Below the pieces are notes generated by a model. It was given only the letters and a program-made list of their open reading frames with translations. It was not told the DNA's origin and did not search any database. Below are positions 39,480-51,400 of a DNA stretch of 64,000 nt, piece by piece (the first letter of the stretch is position 1; each line of letters starts with the position of its first letter). Source of the DNA: Phallusia mammillata. Its lineage: Eukaryota. The position numbers and the translations under genes are program-made. The stretch is from positions 32,364,001 to 32,428,000 of the forward strand of contig OZ281495.1 of NCBI GenBank assembly GCA_965637545.1, read 5' to 3'.

Positions 39480-40617
39480 GTAATCATTATGCAAATGCAA
39501 TAGGGCAAAGCAAAACTTATCTACTGTCTTTTCGAAACAAAACTAAATGAATCTGACTGTTTGTTCTGACCTTGCAACACACGACAAATAATCTTATTGT
39601 CTCATTTGCCTGTCACAATTGTAAACTTAACCGGCCGATGGCAAAGAGAGGATGCTGTTGGAAAAACAAATGCTAGGTTGTGGTTTGTTTATGGAGGGTG
39701 CCGAAGTGAAGAGAGAGGTGCAAACGGTTTTAACACCGAAACCGGGACGCAGATGTTATTGGGAGAAAACGCTGCCACTTTAGGCCAATGCTTGGTTGCT
39801 CAATATATGCGTACAATGCAGAATACTAATAGTTGAATTATGATTGTTTTCTTTGAAGATTTCATGTTTTCTGCATAGATTATAACCTACCAATTATTAT
39901 AGGTAGCGCATTGGTGACCTTGATTACCCGCCCTTTTGCAAAAATAGTAGCGTTGATATCTTGGTCACGGGTAGTTCATAGTTACATAACAAAATGGCAC
40001 AAATTTCTCATAAAACTGTAGCATAAAGAAAGATGCGATTTCATGCCCGTTAACCAGGTTTCTGCGAAAACGTATTTGGGCAATGCTTTCTGCATGGCCA
40101 AAGGTCTGATTCAAAAAAGTCAGCTTATTGCGTTGGGGTTTGCAATGGGTCTTGTGCTGCCGGGCATCCCTGCTACCAAGAAGGGAAACACTAAATCCTT
40201 GCATATACCATTGTCTCACGACAAGCTGGTAATCGCAAAACATACGGCGATCCCGCACAAGCAACAGCTCACAGATTTCGTGTTAAGAATTTGCTGCAAC
40301 TGGGGGATATACGGGTTGTGTGCTGTATAGTAATTTGAGCTCAAATCGGAATTAGAGGCTTCGCGCTTGTTTGATGCATATACTATTGATGGCAGCGGGA
40401 AGCGGCTTGTCAGTTGGTCGTCGATTGCTGCCGATTCTATCAATACCGCGTAGAGTCGCGCGCGTTTTAGTTCGAATAGCAAACGATCTGAGGCTGTTGG
40501 TTCGAGATTGAATGAAGCGGGCAAGACGACAAATCGAGACGTTTGCGATTTCAATTGCTTCCTTTCGTGTATTCTCTAACTGAGCGTATGCTTCCAAAGT
40601 GACAAGCCGACGACATT

Positions 40618-40889
40618 TGATATGTAATACTCTTGGAGGTTTACAAATCTGATTTTACCGATTCTATAGGTGTCTAATGCCATCGAATTGCCTGTCTTGA
40701 CAGTTTTCATTAGATTTCAGTAATTCTGCTCTATGTATTGCTTTTCAAACGACTTAGCTGCCACAATTACACTTGATATGTTTTAAACTCGCGTTATACA
40801 TTTACATTGATATACATTTACGACAAGTGATATGTAATACTTTTGGAGGTTTTCAAATCATACTTTTACCACTTCTAGGTGACTAATGC
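40618..40889. repeat. Degenerate direct duplication, 210-bp offset
   Basis: tgatatgtaatactYttggaggtttWcaaatc...taggtgWctaatgc at 40618-40680 and 40828-40889. Confidence 0.8.
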
Positions 40890-43800
40890 TTTTAGATACA
40901 ATCTTTTTCTTGTTTCCCTTAACAGTTTTCCTCAAATTTTTTCAAATTTTTTAGCTGTATTTTTCCTCCTCCATCGACTATAAAGTCATAGTTAAATGTG
41001 ACATTTCTTAAACTAGTATTCTAGACTGATTAGACTTGCAACGAACCAATAAAAAATTGCTTACAAATGCAAACAAACAACACTCTCGAGTGAAATCAGG
41101 CGTCAGGAATGATTTCAAAAACATATTTGAAGTATATTTCTTGCAACAAATCCGACCTTAAACTATAGTAACGTTTAAGCAGACGCTACCTATGAAGTTA
41201 CAACAACAAAAACAAACAAAAAACTTGCGCAAAATAGACTTTCATCAATAACGTTTTCTTTAATTGTTTCTTTGACATCTATAAACGATAAATCATTCTG
41301 AACTGAAATGCTACTGACACATTGAAATAGATTAATAGAGGTAAGATGAAAAGTTCATCTCATATTTCTTCAAAATGCGAAGGAGATAACAAGAAACAAG
41401 TGCTTGTCATGTCTCCTCCCATCACGCAATGTTCCAGGGTACGAGTAACCGACTCCTGCTCAATTAACCTTCCTACCTCAGCATTCCTTCAACTTCCTAC
41501 CTGCCGTGGTTCTATCTCCAGTCGCAAATTTAGCAACACGACCCGCATTGAGACAGAGAAAGTGACAGGTGACGGGTAGAATAGTGGGGAAGTCGATCTA
41601 CGACCCCCAAGTAACCGTTCGCAAAACATGCTTTCACTTGCAATTCGCACGCAGGAAGACCTTGCCTGATTGACGCTTCCATTCACACGTATCCGTGCGA
41701 GATTGTAATAAACCGGCGGTGTTGTTGTGCCCCAAACCTTGTGTATACACCTAATACCGCTCCTTTCTACGTAAAAATGTCTCGACAGCAATACTTGGGA
41801 ATATTCCAAGCTGGATTTGCCGCTTGCAACGCTCGCCAACCTTCAAACCAAGAAGATATGGCAGCAGGTCAAACTATCCCTTGAAAACTGCGATTTACAT
41901 TTACACGTAATGTATGATATTTATGTGTGCAAATCTTGTTATTGATTTTCTTTGCCGTCTTTCAATTATTACAATTCTTTCAGTAATCTTTCACATCTCA
42001 AATATAACTTCACACCCGTAATACTTACAGAGCACCGACTTGACTTAACTCAACAATTTTCGAAACCAAACTTCAAGCAAATTTCCTAAACAATTTACAA
42101 ACATTCCGTTTGGACAACCGTTTTTAACCAAGTCAAAAAAGAAAACTGATTCTTACGTCTATCAAGAGCCTCTAATATCCAATACTTCTTCAAGACCTTC
42201 AACTTACAAGGAAGACAGGAAGACCTTCAACTACAAACATATTTGTGAAACAACACGTTCAAAAATCAATCACATCCAAACGAAGCTTAACATTTAGGGT
42301 GGAGTCTACATTATTAACGTCATCACCCCCAAGTAGCAGGTGATTCGGCCAAGCAAAGTGATAAATACCTGTAACCTTACTGAGATTAGCAAATGCAAAT
42401 TAGCAAATGACCTTCCTTGTAGCTTTCGCTATCTGTTTTGTATCAAGGACGACACTGCACTGTAACAGGGATGTTGTGCAGAGGTGGAACCGTCGATGGC
42501 GGGTTAAAAAAGTCCGGAAAAAGTGGTGATTTGTTAGAGAGCGAACTATATAACGGAAGAGCTTGGCGTTTCCAGGGGTTGGTGTGCGTGATGTGAGTAA
42601 CGGTGCTTGTTTTGTTCATGTCTGTTCGTCAACGCACTTCTGGGATCCGAGCATCAGTTGTGGGTATTTGATCAAATGTAACACAATAGCTGGCGGTTTC
42701 GCTTTTGCTGCGCCGTAATTAAGATTAACAAATTCGAAACCGCACCAACTTCAGTTGACTGATGTGTTTTATCTGATGCAGCGCTGTGATGAAACTGGCT
42801 TCCACATTTGCTGCGTAAAACGCATACATGTATCACTCTTTAAAGACGCATTTTTATCATCAAACAAACAAAAGCTATTTTCGTTTAATAATTTTGTGTC
42901 ACAAACTAATTCTGCCTTTGTCAAATTTATTATCCTAAGTTCATTCGGAAAAAATCTGAAAAAGCAGAAAAATACAGAACATCACCTGAAAGTGTGCAGG
43001 TTGAACAACAATAAACATAGACTTGGGATTTGTGGCCAAAATACAGCACACTATATTTTTGTTACTTGCTGTACAGCGTATTTGTGAAAAACACAGCTTG
43101 CAAATATTGTCGCCTTAAGCAAAGTCCAAATTTCCAACAAGGGTTAAACTGTCAAAGGGTAAAGCTATTAAAAAACTAAAAAATCTACGACGTCGGTTTT
43201 GAACTCGCGACCTTTCAACTTCCGAAACAGACGTGGGACAAACCCAACATAATAAGCGGCCCCCTACTGGCTCCGTCTGACGCCAAGCGGGCCCAGGAGG
43301 GCTGGCGGCTTGCAAGAAAAACAAACAAAACACGATAGGCTCCTAGCAGACACACGGTCGGCCATAGTAACCGCAAAGCAGCCATATACGCATCGAATTA
43401 GGGCATAATAGCTGCTCACGACTCCTAACCCTCTTTTGAATAAGTCAAATACAAACACCGGGTCGTGGAGAACGTTTTTTAAGTTGGGTAATTGTGCTTG
43501 TTTCAATGCCGCCCGTTCAGGCGTAGATTACGACCGGCCGGTATTATGATGTAACAACAGAGTAAATTGTGATGTAACAACTGGGTGGCCTGCGTGTTCG
43601 TGGGTTAGATCAAGAAATGCAAGGGTTAGTGCGGCACCTAATGGTGGTTGCATCAATATTTTTTTAAATCACCTCGCCGTTTTAAAAACAATTTAAGTTC
43701 TTAAAGCAGATGTTTGCATTCTGCTTATCATCGCATTACCAGATTTACACAAAAGAACCACATAGAGCTAATGTCCAAAAATTGTTACATTGTCTGTCAT

Positions 43801-44907
43801 GTAATGTGTATTAAAAATGTATTTTATTTAAATGTACAAAATAAATAAAAATTGGAAAGCAATTTAAAAATTTTACTGCAACACGTTTTACTGTATTGTA
43901 GAAAACTAATTTTCAAAACTATAACCGTAACCTACAGTGCGCAAATACACGAGTTTCATTTTTACAACGTTGCGCAAAACGCATCGAGTCAAGTTATAAA
44001 ATGGCTGCTGTCTGGGGGAATATACACGAACAATGTCGTTCACACCATAAAAGCTAATCGATTTTTAACGCTAAGACTTTCGCCCAGTCCAACGGTCAAT
44101 CACCGTTCACTTTTATTACGACACAAAACACTTTTATTATATAACGCGATTGTTATGTCACATAATCCAGGATTATCACGTAATAATCCCATATGGTGTC
44201 GTCATTGGCCGGTTGACCGAACGCTCGGCTGTGTGAGATATTCCGCAGCGACATATGTGCTTGCTGGGCGCAACACAAGGCCTAATCCAATCTCTAGCTT
44301 ATTTCTTTGACCGCTCAAGGGCCTGCGAAAGATCATCAACAGGTCAATTGGCCACTAGGAGGTGTCAAGAGGGTGCCGGAGCTACTTGTGTTTTCTATGG
44401 TGCTCGACCACTCGAGGCTATTGAAGTCGAGCAAACTATTTTGTCGGTGTTTTTTTTTCGCACCGCGAATGAGTGAGTCCTTATCACTCGGCTGACGTTT
44501 GGTTGTTTCCAGTGGTCGGTTTGACTCACTGGAATTAATCCCTTACAAGTTTATACAACCGACAAAAGTCAAATAAACTAAAACTTAGTATTTAACCCTC
44601 AACTTGAAACAATAGATTTCAGAGCAGCAAATATTTTTTACAAACACAGCATTTCAGCAAAATTTAACTAAACCAATATATGTAATTTTGAGCACAGTAC
44701 AACTCGCAAAAATTGTGCAAAATGTTGGACAAATTTTAAAACCAATCACCACAATGTCTGGCAAATTACTTTTCGCATTAATGAAATAAAACCTCAAATC
44801 TGAGGCTTGTACATTCACTTCACACCAAACCCGGGGTAATTTGCGCGTGAAAAACAACTTTCAGCCACTTGAAGCTGGTCACAAGATAAACACGTGGTCG
44901 CTAGCGG

Positions 44908-44924
44908 AGGTCAGCTGAAGGTCA
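44908..44924 (+). promoter_or_regulatory. Perfect DR5 (RARE candidate) AGGTCA gctga AGGTCA
   Basis: Exact consensus match; E-box CACGTG at 44891-44896. Function not demonstrated. Confidence 0.6.
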
Positions 44925-47851
44925 AGAGCCGGGACGAAAGTTCGGAGGCAACTCGTCGCCTGTTTAAGCGAGCGATCGCAATTACCCGAAACGAACTGGG
45001 GCGATAATGGTTTTGGAACAACGAACAATGCCCTACGCCATGTTTGCAAACAACCACTCAAATTTCACGAATTTGTCATCAAGTTTCCACTGATTTGAAA
45101 TCTTATTTTTAGACAACATTTTCGTTACACATAAGGACCCACATCCAGTTTTTTTTTTACAAGACAAACACTTCGACAACATTTCATTTATTAGTTCGTT
45201 AATAATTACCCAGACATAGTAATTTTTCTTGACAAAAAAAATTGTCCTCACATAAAAATGATTTTCTACGTCGATCTCTCATTTACACCTTCCAGCATTA
45301 ACAAATAACCCCCGAAACTAACCGCAGTTTCATTTTACTTGGGCGAAGTCAAGGAGATTTTACCGCACACAGCAATATTGCCTTTATCGTGACAAAGTAT
45401 GGTAATAAAAACTGGCGAAGCAAGCCTAGGGAGTCATCACGTTGTGTGGGCTCGAGCTAAACGCACAGCAAGTGTTGGCGCAACAGAAATGACCATAAAA
45501 CTGTGTCACACTCTCGTCTCCGATGGCAGGCTCACAACAAACTCGAAACAGCGATTACTTTGATGATGCCAGGGCCAAAATAAACGTCGATTTTCTGGCT
45601 CACATTAGTTGAGGTGTTCGCTTTGCATTCCTCTGGTGCTTCGAACGCTGAGCAATTATCCTAATAGTTGTGTTGGAGCCGGCGCGTTCGAAAATTGATT
45701 ATTTATTCAAGGCTCGCGCGAGAGGGGTGGTCTCGTTCTACGGCGTGTGATACAATGCAGTCGAAAACCAACGCGCGATGTTGACGCCATTTTCCCCATT
45801 GTGACGAATCAATGATACGCGATGGTTAAGTTCGAAACACGGCGTCGTCGTCGACTACACATCGCGGCTGCGCGGAGACTAAACTCATAGAAATTAGCGG
45901 CTGATCTTGAGTGACTGCTTCCTTGTTTCGTCACCAAATATTCTGGAATCAGATAAAAAGCGTCGCGCGCCCGATCAAGGCACTTGTCACGTCACAATGT
46001 CGTGACGACACAATCGCTTGGATCTTGAGTGGACCAATCAGCGATAAGCTAAGACGAGAATCTGGGAATATTTGCGCGAAAACTGTTGCGCGGTTTCGGT
46101 AACTTTCTCCTGCCAGGATTATAACGCGCTTGAAATTGTTCTGCGACCGCCAATGCACGGAGCAGCATGATAGAAAAGTTTGATGTATAAAGTCACAAAA
46201 CCGCGAAAGGAATTTGACCCAAGTCCATGGAAAAATTATGTTAAAAACGCTGCAAAAACGACCCCAGCATAACCCATATGCTTTCTGTGAGTTACCTTGT
46301 TAAGCCTAATTTAACTGGTGACATGAGCAAGAATAAAAAAACATGAAGCCACATTTTTCACTGGAACACTATATACGGATATGTTCAATACAGTAAGGCA
46401 CGTCGCTTTTTTCGTATATTTGGGCCGTTATTTTCATCATTAAGATTATCATTATTTTACCATTTCCAAACAAAAATATAAGAAGTAAAAGCTTCCTTTT
46501 CTTGGTGTTCTTTTCCACTTAAACAAAAAACAAATGAGCAAAGCATAAAACGGCATGAAAGAATTTCGAAGTTGTTTTGTCTTGAGTCTAAAGCAGCCAC
46601 AATTTGTAGCAGAAGCACATTATAAAGTTGTTGATCGTGGGCTCGTGTGATCACTTTCACCACAAAGTGGAAAATCAAACGATTTCTCCTTTTAGAAAAT
46701 TCTTTACTTCGGTCAAATGAAGTTCTCGCGGCCAAATAATTCACATATACCCGCAAATTATCTTATAAACGTGACCAAACGTTTGAGGTGCGACTGCCGG
46801 GCACTGCCATGTGTTTACGATACATCGATGAGAATACCTTCAGTACCATGTCATTGATCTTGCGGTGCGAACAACACAGGTTAGATTCGATTTTTCCAAA
46901 CCAGTCGGAAATTACGATCGAAATTTTCTATATTACCTCTGCTAGGTGCTGTAAAAACAACATGTTTTAAATCAGACAATCTTTACACAAGGTATTAAAA
47001 CTTCAAGTAAGTTTCACTAAAACAATAGCATTGTTAACATGCACACTCCTTTCACTCTTTTTGTGTCCAGAACAGTAAAACCGAAATATTGATTTTTACT
47101 TTAGCAAAATAAAATTGCAAATATTTTGCAAAGAACTATGTGATTTTGTTGTGTTCTTGTTTTGTTCTGGGCACAAACACGTTTTGAAGTGCTAAGACAT
47201 TCCCATACAATCGAAAACTTTCAATTATTAAGTACCTCAAACAACAATAAAACTTCCAGAGTATTGCCCAACCATTCAAACAGTGAAAGGAATTTATTAC
47301 AACATAATTCTTGTCTCAACAAATCAGCAAGAGCTGTGAGGCAAATCATTCATGCTCACACTACACCAACAGAACAGAGGTTTTTCACTTGAGTTATTAT
47401 TCCCCAAATTGGCAAATTTCACATGAATGAATTTTATTAAGCAAAATTTTGTCAGTAAGCGAATTGTGTCAAGAAACCTTGTGACAAATTTTTTCATTAT
47501 GAGAACTGCCAAAGGTTAGATAAAAGGAAATGGCTGTAAACCTATGGAATTGTATTACTTATAAGTTTTGTTCTGTTCCTGTTTTAATGCTTTTACAACC
47601 GACCTGAACATAATCAGACTTAATTGTCGTTTGAAAGAAGGTCAAATGACAGAAAGTTGAATTAAAAATTCATTATTGGCGCAAAGTTTGACCTTGACTA
47701 GAAGGTCACGAAACGTCAGGCATAACGCCAGAATGTGTTCTGAATCTTTGCAATATCTAATCAAACCTGACCTTAAAATGCATGCCATATTTGTCTCATA
47801 AAGACATCACCGCAAAATTTTTATATAATGGACAGGGAATTGGCTGTAGAT

Positions 47852-48299
47852 CAGCGCTTCCCAACCGGTGGTCCGCGGCCCACTGGTGGGCCGCGACGTT
47901 CTTTCTCGTGGGCCGCGAAACTTGTCAAACTATTATCATACCAAAATAGAAGTGTAAAAGTTATACAGTTCGTGTGAACATCGTTTCAAGTTTAACTATA
48001 TTATCAAATAAAAACATATTACTCACTATAAAAGCCGCATGTGGTTTTAAGTTAAAAAAAACTTTTATTACACACCCAAGCTGCGATTGTCACGTCACAA
48101 CAGTACTTGTATTACTTGTAAAATCTTGATGCCAGAACTCTCTTTGTTAGCTTCATTTGGACCCAGAACACGTCAAATACGGTTTCGTAAAGGCAAGAAG
48201 TAAATTTGAGGCAAAAGTACAATGTGTTAAAACAGTGGTCCGCCAAAAAATTATTTTTTCAAAAGTGGGCCGTGAGCTGGAAAAGGTTGGGAAGCACTG
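47852..48299. mobile_element. Non-autonomous hAT (Charlie/Buster-type) MITE, 448 bp
   Basis: TIRs CAGCGCTTCCCAACC / GGTTGGGAAGCACTG; 8-bp TSD CTGTAGAT at 47844-47851 and 48300-48307; subterminal GTGGGCCG/GTGGTCCG repeats. Confidence 0.95.
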
Positions 48300-48373
48300 C
48301 TGTAGATGATAGTAACCTTAACTCTGGTTATAGGTAAGTCATTTATTATCGGCGTTAGACGAATCATTTTCAT

Positions 48374-48419
48374 ATTCGACAAAACATGATAAACCCTGAA
48401 TACCTTATTCAAATAGAAA
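48374..48419 (-). ncRNA. SL-RNA-like orphon or SL-like exon with intact donor (TTTCTATTTGAATAAG|GTATTC...)
   Basis: 15 contiguous SL bases (48404-48418) followed directly by GT at the expected SL junction. No canonical Sm site recognised; the 3' boundary is nominal. Confidence 0.4.
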
Positions 48420-51400
48420 AGATTACTTGAACCTTGTCACCTTAATATGTGACTGCAATGTCATGTAAAAGACGAGCAACCGCAGAAAATATGTAAAAAC
48501 CCATCTTAACTGTAGTTCCGAACGAGTTGAGAGTTTGGGCTAAGTGTCTGTTGGGCAACTTACAAGAACCTCACATAACGTATGGCTGCATATGCGGTTT
48601 TCTGTCGGGTCGGATAAACAGCTTTGCCTCGCTTGATTACAAGGTTTTAAATGTTAAGAGTTCATTGGCATAGATTCTGTGGTGAGTGTGGCCACTGTCG
48701 GCGTCAGAGATATAACTGCAATTAAAACGATGACAAGGGCATTTAGAGGTCACCAGTTAGCTCCCACGATGCACTTTTGTAACTTATTTGCATGCATAGA
48801 AACAAAATCTGACGATACTTTAAAGTACCCACTAAAACTTTGCTCAAAACCAGTGTCAAAGGAATTTAGCACAAGTTAAAAAATATTCGATTTTTTTATC
48901 TTGGCAACGACTATTTTTTATCTACTCAATGAAAACAACTTTTAACCCACAACATTAATCAAGGCTTCACCACACAATAATTGAAACAACAAAGCTAAAA
49001 TGGAAACCAAATGACACACACTGCGAAGGCTAAACACAGTAGCTTAACAGCAAACAAAGTGCGAGGTGGTTACTTAAACTTAGACATTTTGTCTCGAAAC
49101 CAGACTTTTATGTTGACACAATAGCAAATTGGCAATTTTGCTCTCAGCGAACTAACTGTTGTTTTGCCAAAATTAAGTCTTAATTGTTTCGAAAAAAAGT
49201 TTGCCATTTTGTACAAAAAATTTCAAACATGTCATTAGAAGATAGAATGAATATGAAAGTGAAACAAATTCTCTTTGCATTTTCAGCATCACAGTCTGGC
49301 TTTGACTCCGGTGACGTTAATTTTATGTGGATTGTCGCTTAGATGGAAGATGCGACTTGCCTGTTGGGAAATCACTTAAGGTAAGATGGAAGGGGGGAAA
49401 TGCGTGATTATGTTTCACCTTTCAACCCCGGCTGGCGTTGCACTTGTGTATTGATCGATCGCGTCCAACACAAATGCGCTTTAGCCAGGAAAACTACAAA
49501 CATCGATCAGACGATCAGCTACACGGGAAGGTTTTTGCGATTAACCTGACTCTGAAACTCGACGGGTTTTCGCAAAAAGCTAAACGACTCCACTTTCGAT
49601 CGATAACTAAATGTCAGTGAAACGATCTGGCCGCGCACCTAACGCCTTCCGTGTGTGTTTAAGGCACTCTCCTGTCGTCCCATAAAGCCTTATTGTGTCG
49701 TTAAATCGCACAATAAATTCCACTTGTCCGTCAACAATCCCCAGGTAACACGTGATTGCCATTTGGGCGCCAGCTTTAAATCGAGACCCGAAGTTTAAAT
49801 TTTATTACAGATTGATGCAAAACCTTTGAGATTAAACAAAAATACGCAATCTCTTAGGTAATATATCCTTATTTTTTAGAATAAATCGCTTTCACACAAG
49901 TCAAGCTTCAAAAGAATCTGCCTACCACCATTTTCAAACGTGTAGTTTTATTTGAGTTAAAACCTGCATTTCCATTTTTTTGCAAACGCTAAATTTCCGC
50001 TTAGCAGCTAATTGTCGCTAATAAGACAAAATTGCAAGTTAATGCAAAGCGTTTTCAGTCAAAGGTAAAAAAAAATTTGGTTTCCAATTCTAAATTACAA
50101 ACTCGGAAGGTTGTGAAATGTAGATCAACAGTTTGCAAAATTTTTGCTCCCTTGCTCCGTTTTATCAGCTAAGTTTATGTTTGAAACATGTAAAACCCTG
50201 ATTAAGCATTCAAAACAATCAGTGTCACTTAATCTGAAAACACAATGTTGGTGAGGTTCAACCAATCAGGGACAGCATCTCGGTGTGCAATATACACACG
50301 CACGTGGTAATGTGTGGAGAAACACGTGTTGGCTCAAGGTCACCATGTTCCCAAGGTCAGAAAAGCTTGTGCAGCGACATAAGGTGATGCCTCGTCTAAT
50401 GCGACTCCTGTGTAGCTGTCGGATTAAGCTCAACCCGCCAGATTCAGCATTTTGATAAATAACAACGTCTAGTTTTAATCAAATAAACTCTGCTCGCCTT
50501 CGTAAAGCAATGTGCCAGAAAATGGTCCTTATCGGCTCTGAGTAAAAGGATGCGAAAATTTTTGCGCATTTTTTAAGGTCTTCGTTTGTTGCGAGTCAAG
50601 CTTACAACGATTGAAGGAAAATCGTTGACGTATGTCCCGGGTAAGCCCCCGCTGTCCAGGTAAAGGGCAATTTTTTTTTGCATTGAACACAACTTTCAAA
50701 TCAGTTAAAACGAACTTAAATCGCTATTTAAGCGGATTTGTATTAAAACGCTCACTTTTTGATTTTTTTTCTTCTACTTTACGATTTAATTTGCCATATT
50801 CAGAACAAAATGTAAAAAAAGCAGACAGTTTTTGACACGTTTTGACAAAGCCAATAATATGATTAGAGCAAGCACCAGTAGTATTTTACTGTTATTTGTA
50901 ACGGCGAGCAACAATCTTTCCTACAACTTCGCGAATAAACGTTGTGATTGAATTAAAACAATTCAAGTAAATGCAACCCTAAACTTTAAATACGGATCAG
51001 TCGTACTTGTTTTTTAAGTCAGATTCTTGTCATTTTTTATTATTTAGCGAACTGATATCTAACCACCATTATGAAATAACTACACACATGCTCCTAGTTG
51101 TATAATAAACAAACAAAAATATTTCATAATGAATTTTTGTAATCTTAATGTTTAGGCCGATTGGTTGCATATTTAGGATTCCTAGCATTATGACCTCACA
51201 GACGCCAAACACTGACCTGTGTGTCGTCATATTAGCATAACCCCTGACCGTACGAAGATTTGTCTAAATTGTGCTGCTTCGGCGTCTCCTGTTGGACGTT
51301 AATAGGATTACCCGCAGTGGTTTGTCCAAATTATTCGCCAGACAAACTCAGGAGGGTCCGCATGAAGCGTTGTGACAGTGACGTATCGGGGTGTGTGATT

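Noticed and set aside
43435-43444. 10-nt SL fragments (TTTGAATAAG here; similar near 18702 and 19207)
   Set aside because: Too short and AT-rich to exceed chance.
43852-44310. 152-aa ORF (also 13013-13513, 40043-40330, 53726-54154, 63276-63470)
   Set aside because: No recognisable homology or convincing exon boundaries; mostly TTG/GTG starts in a eukaryote.
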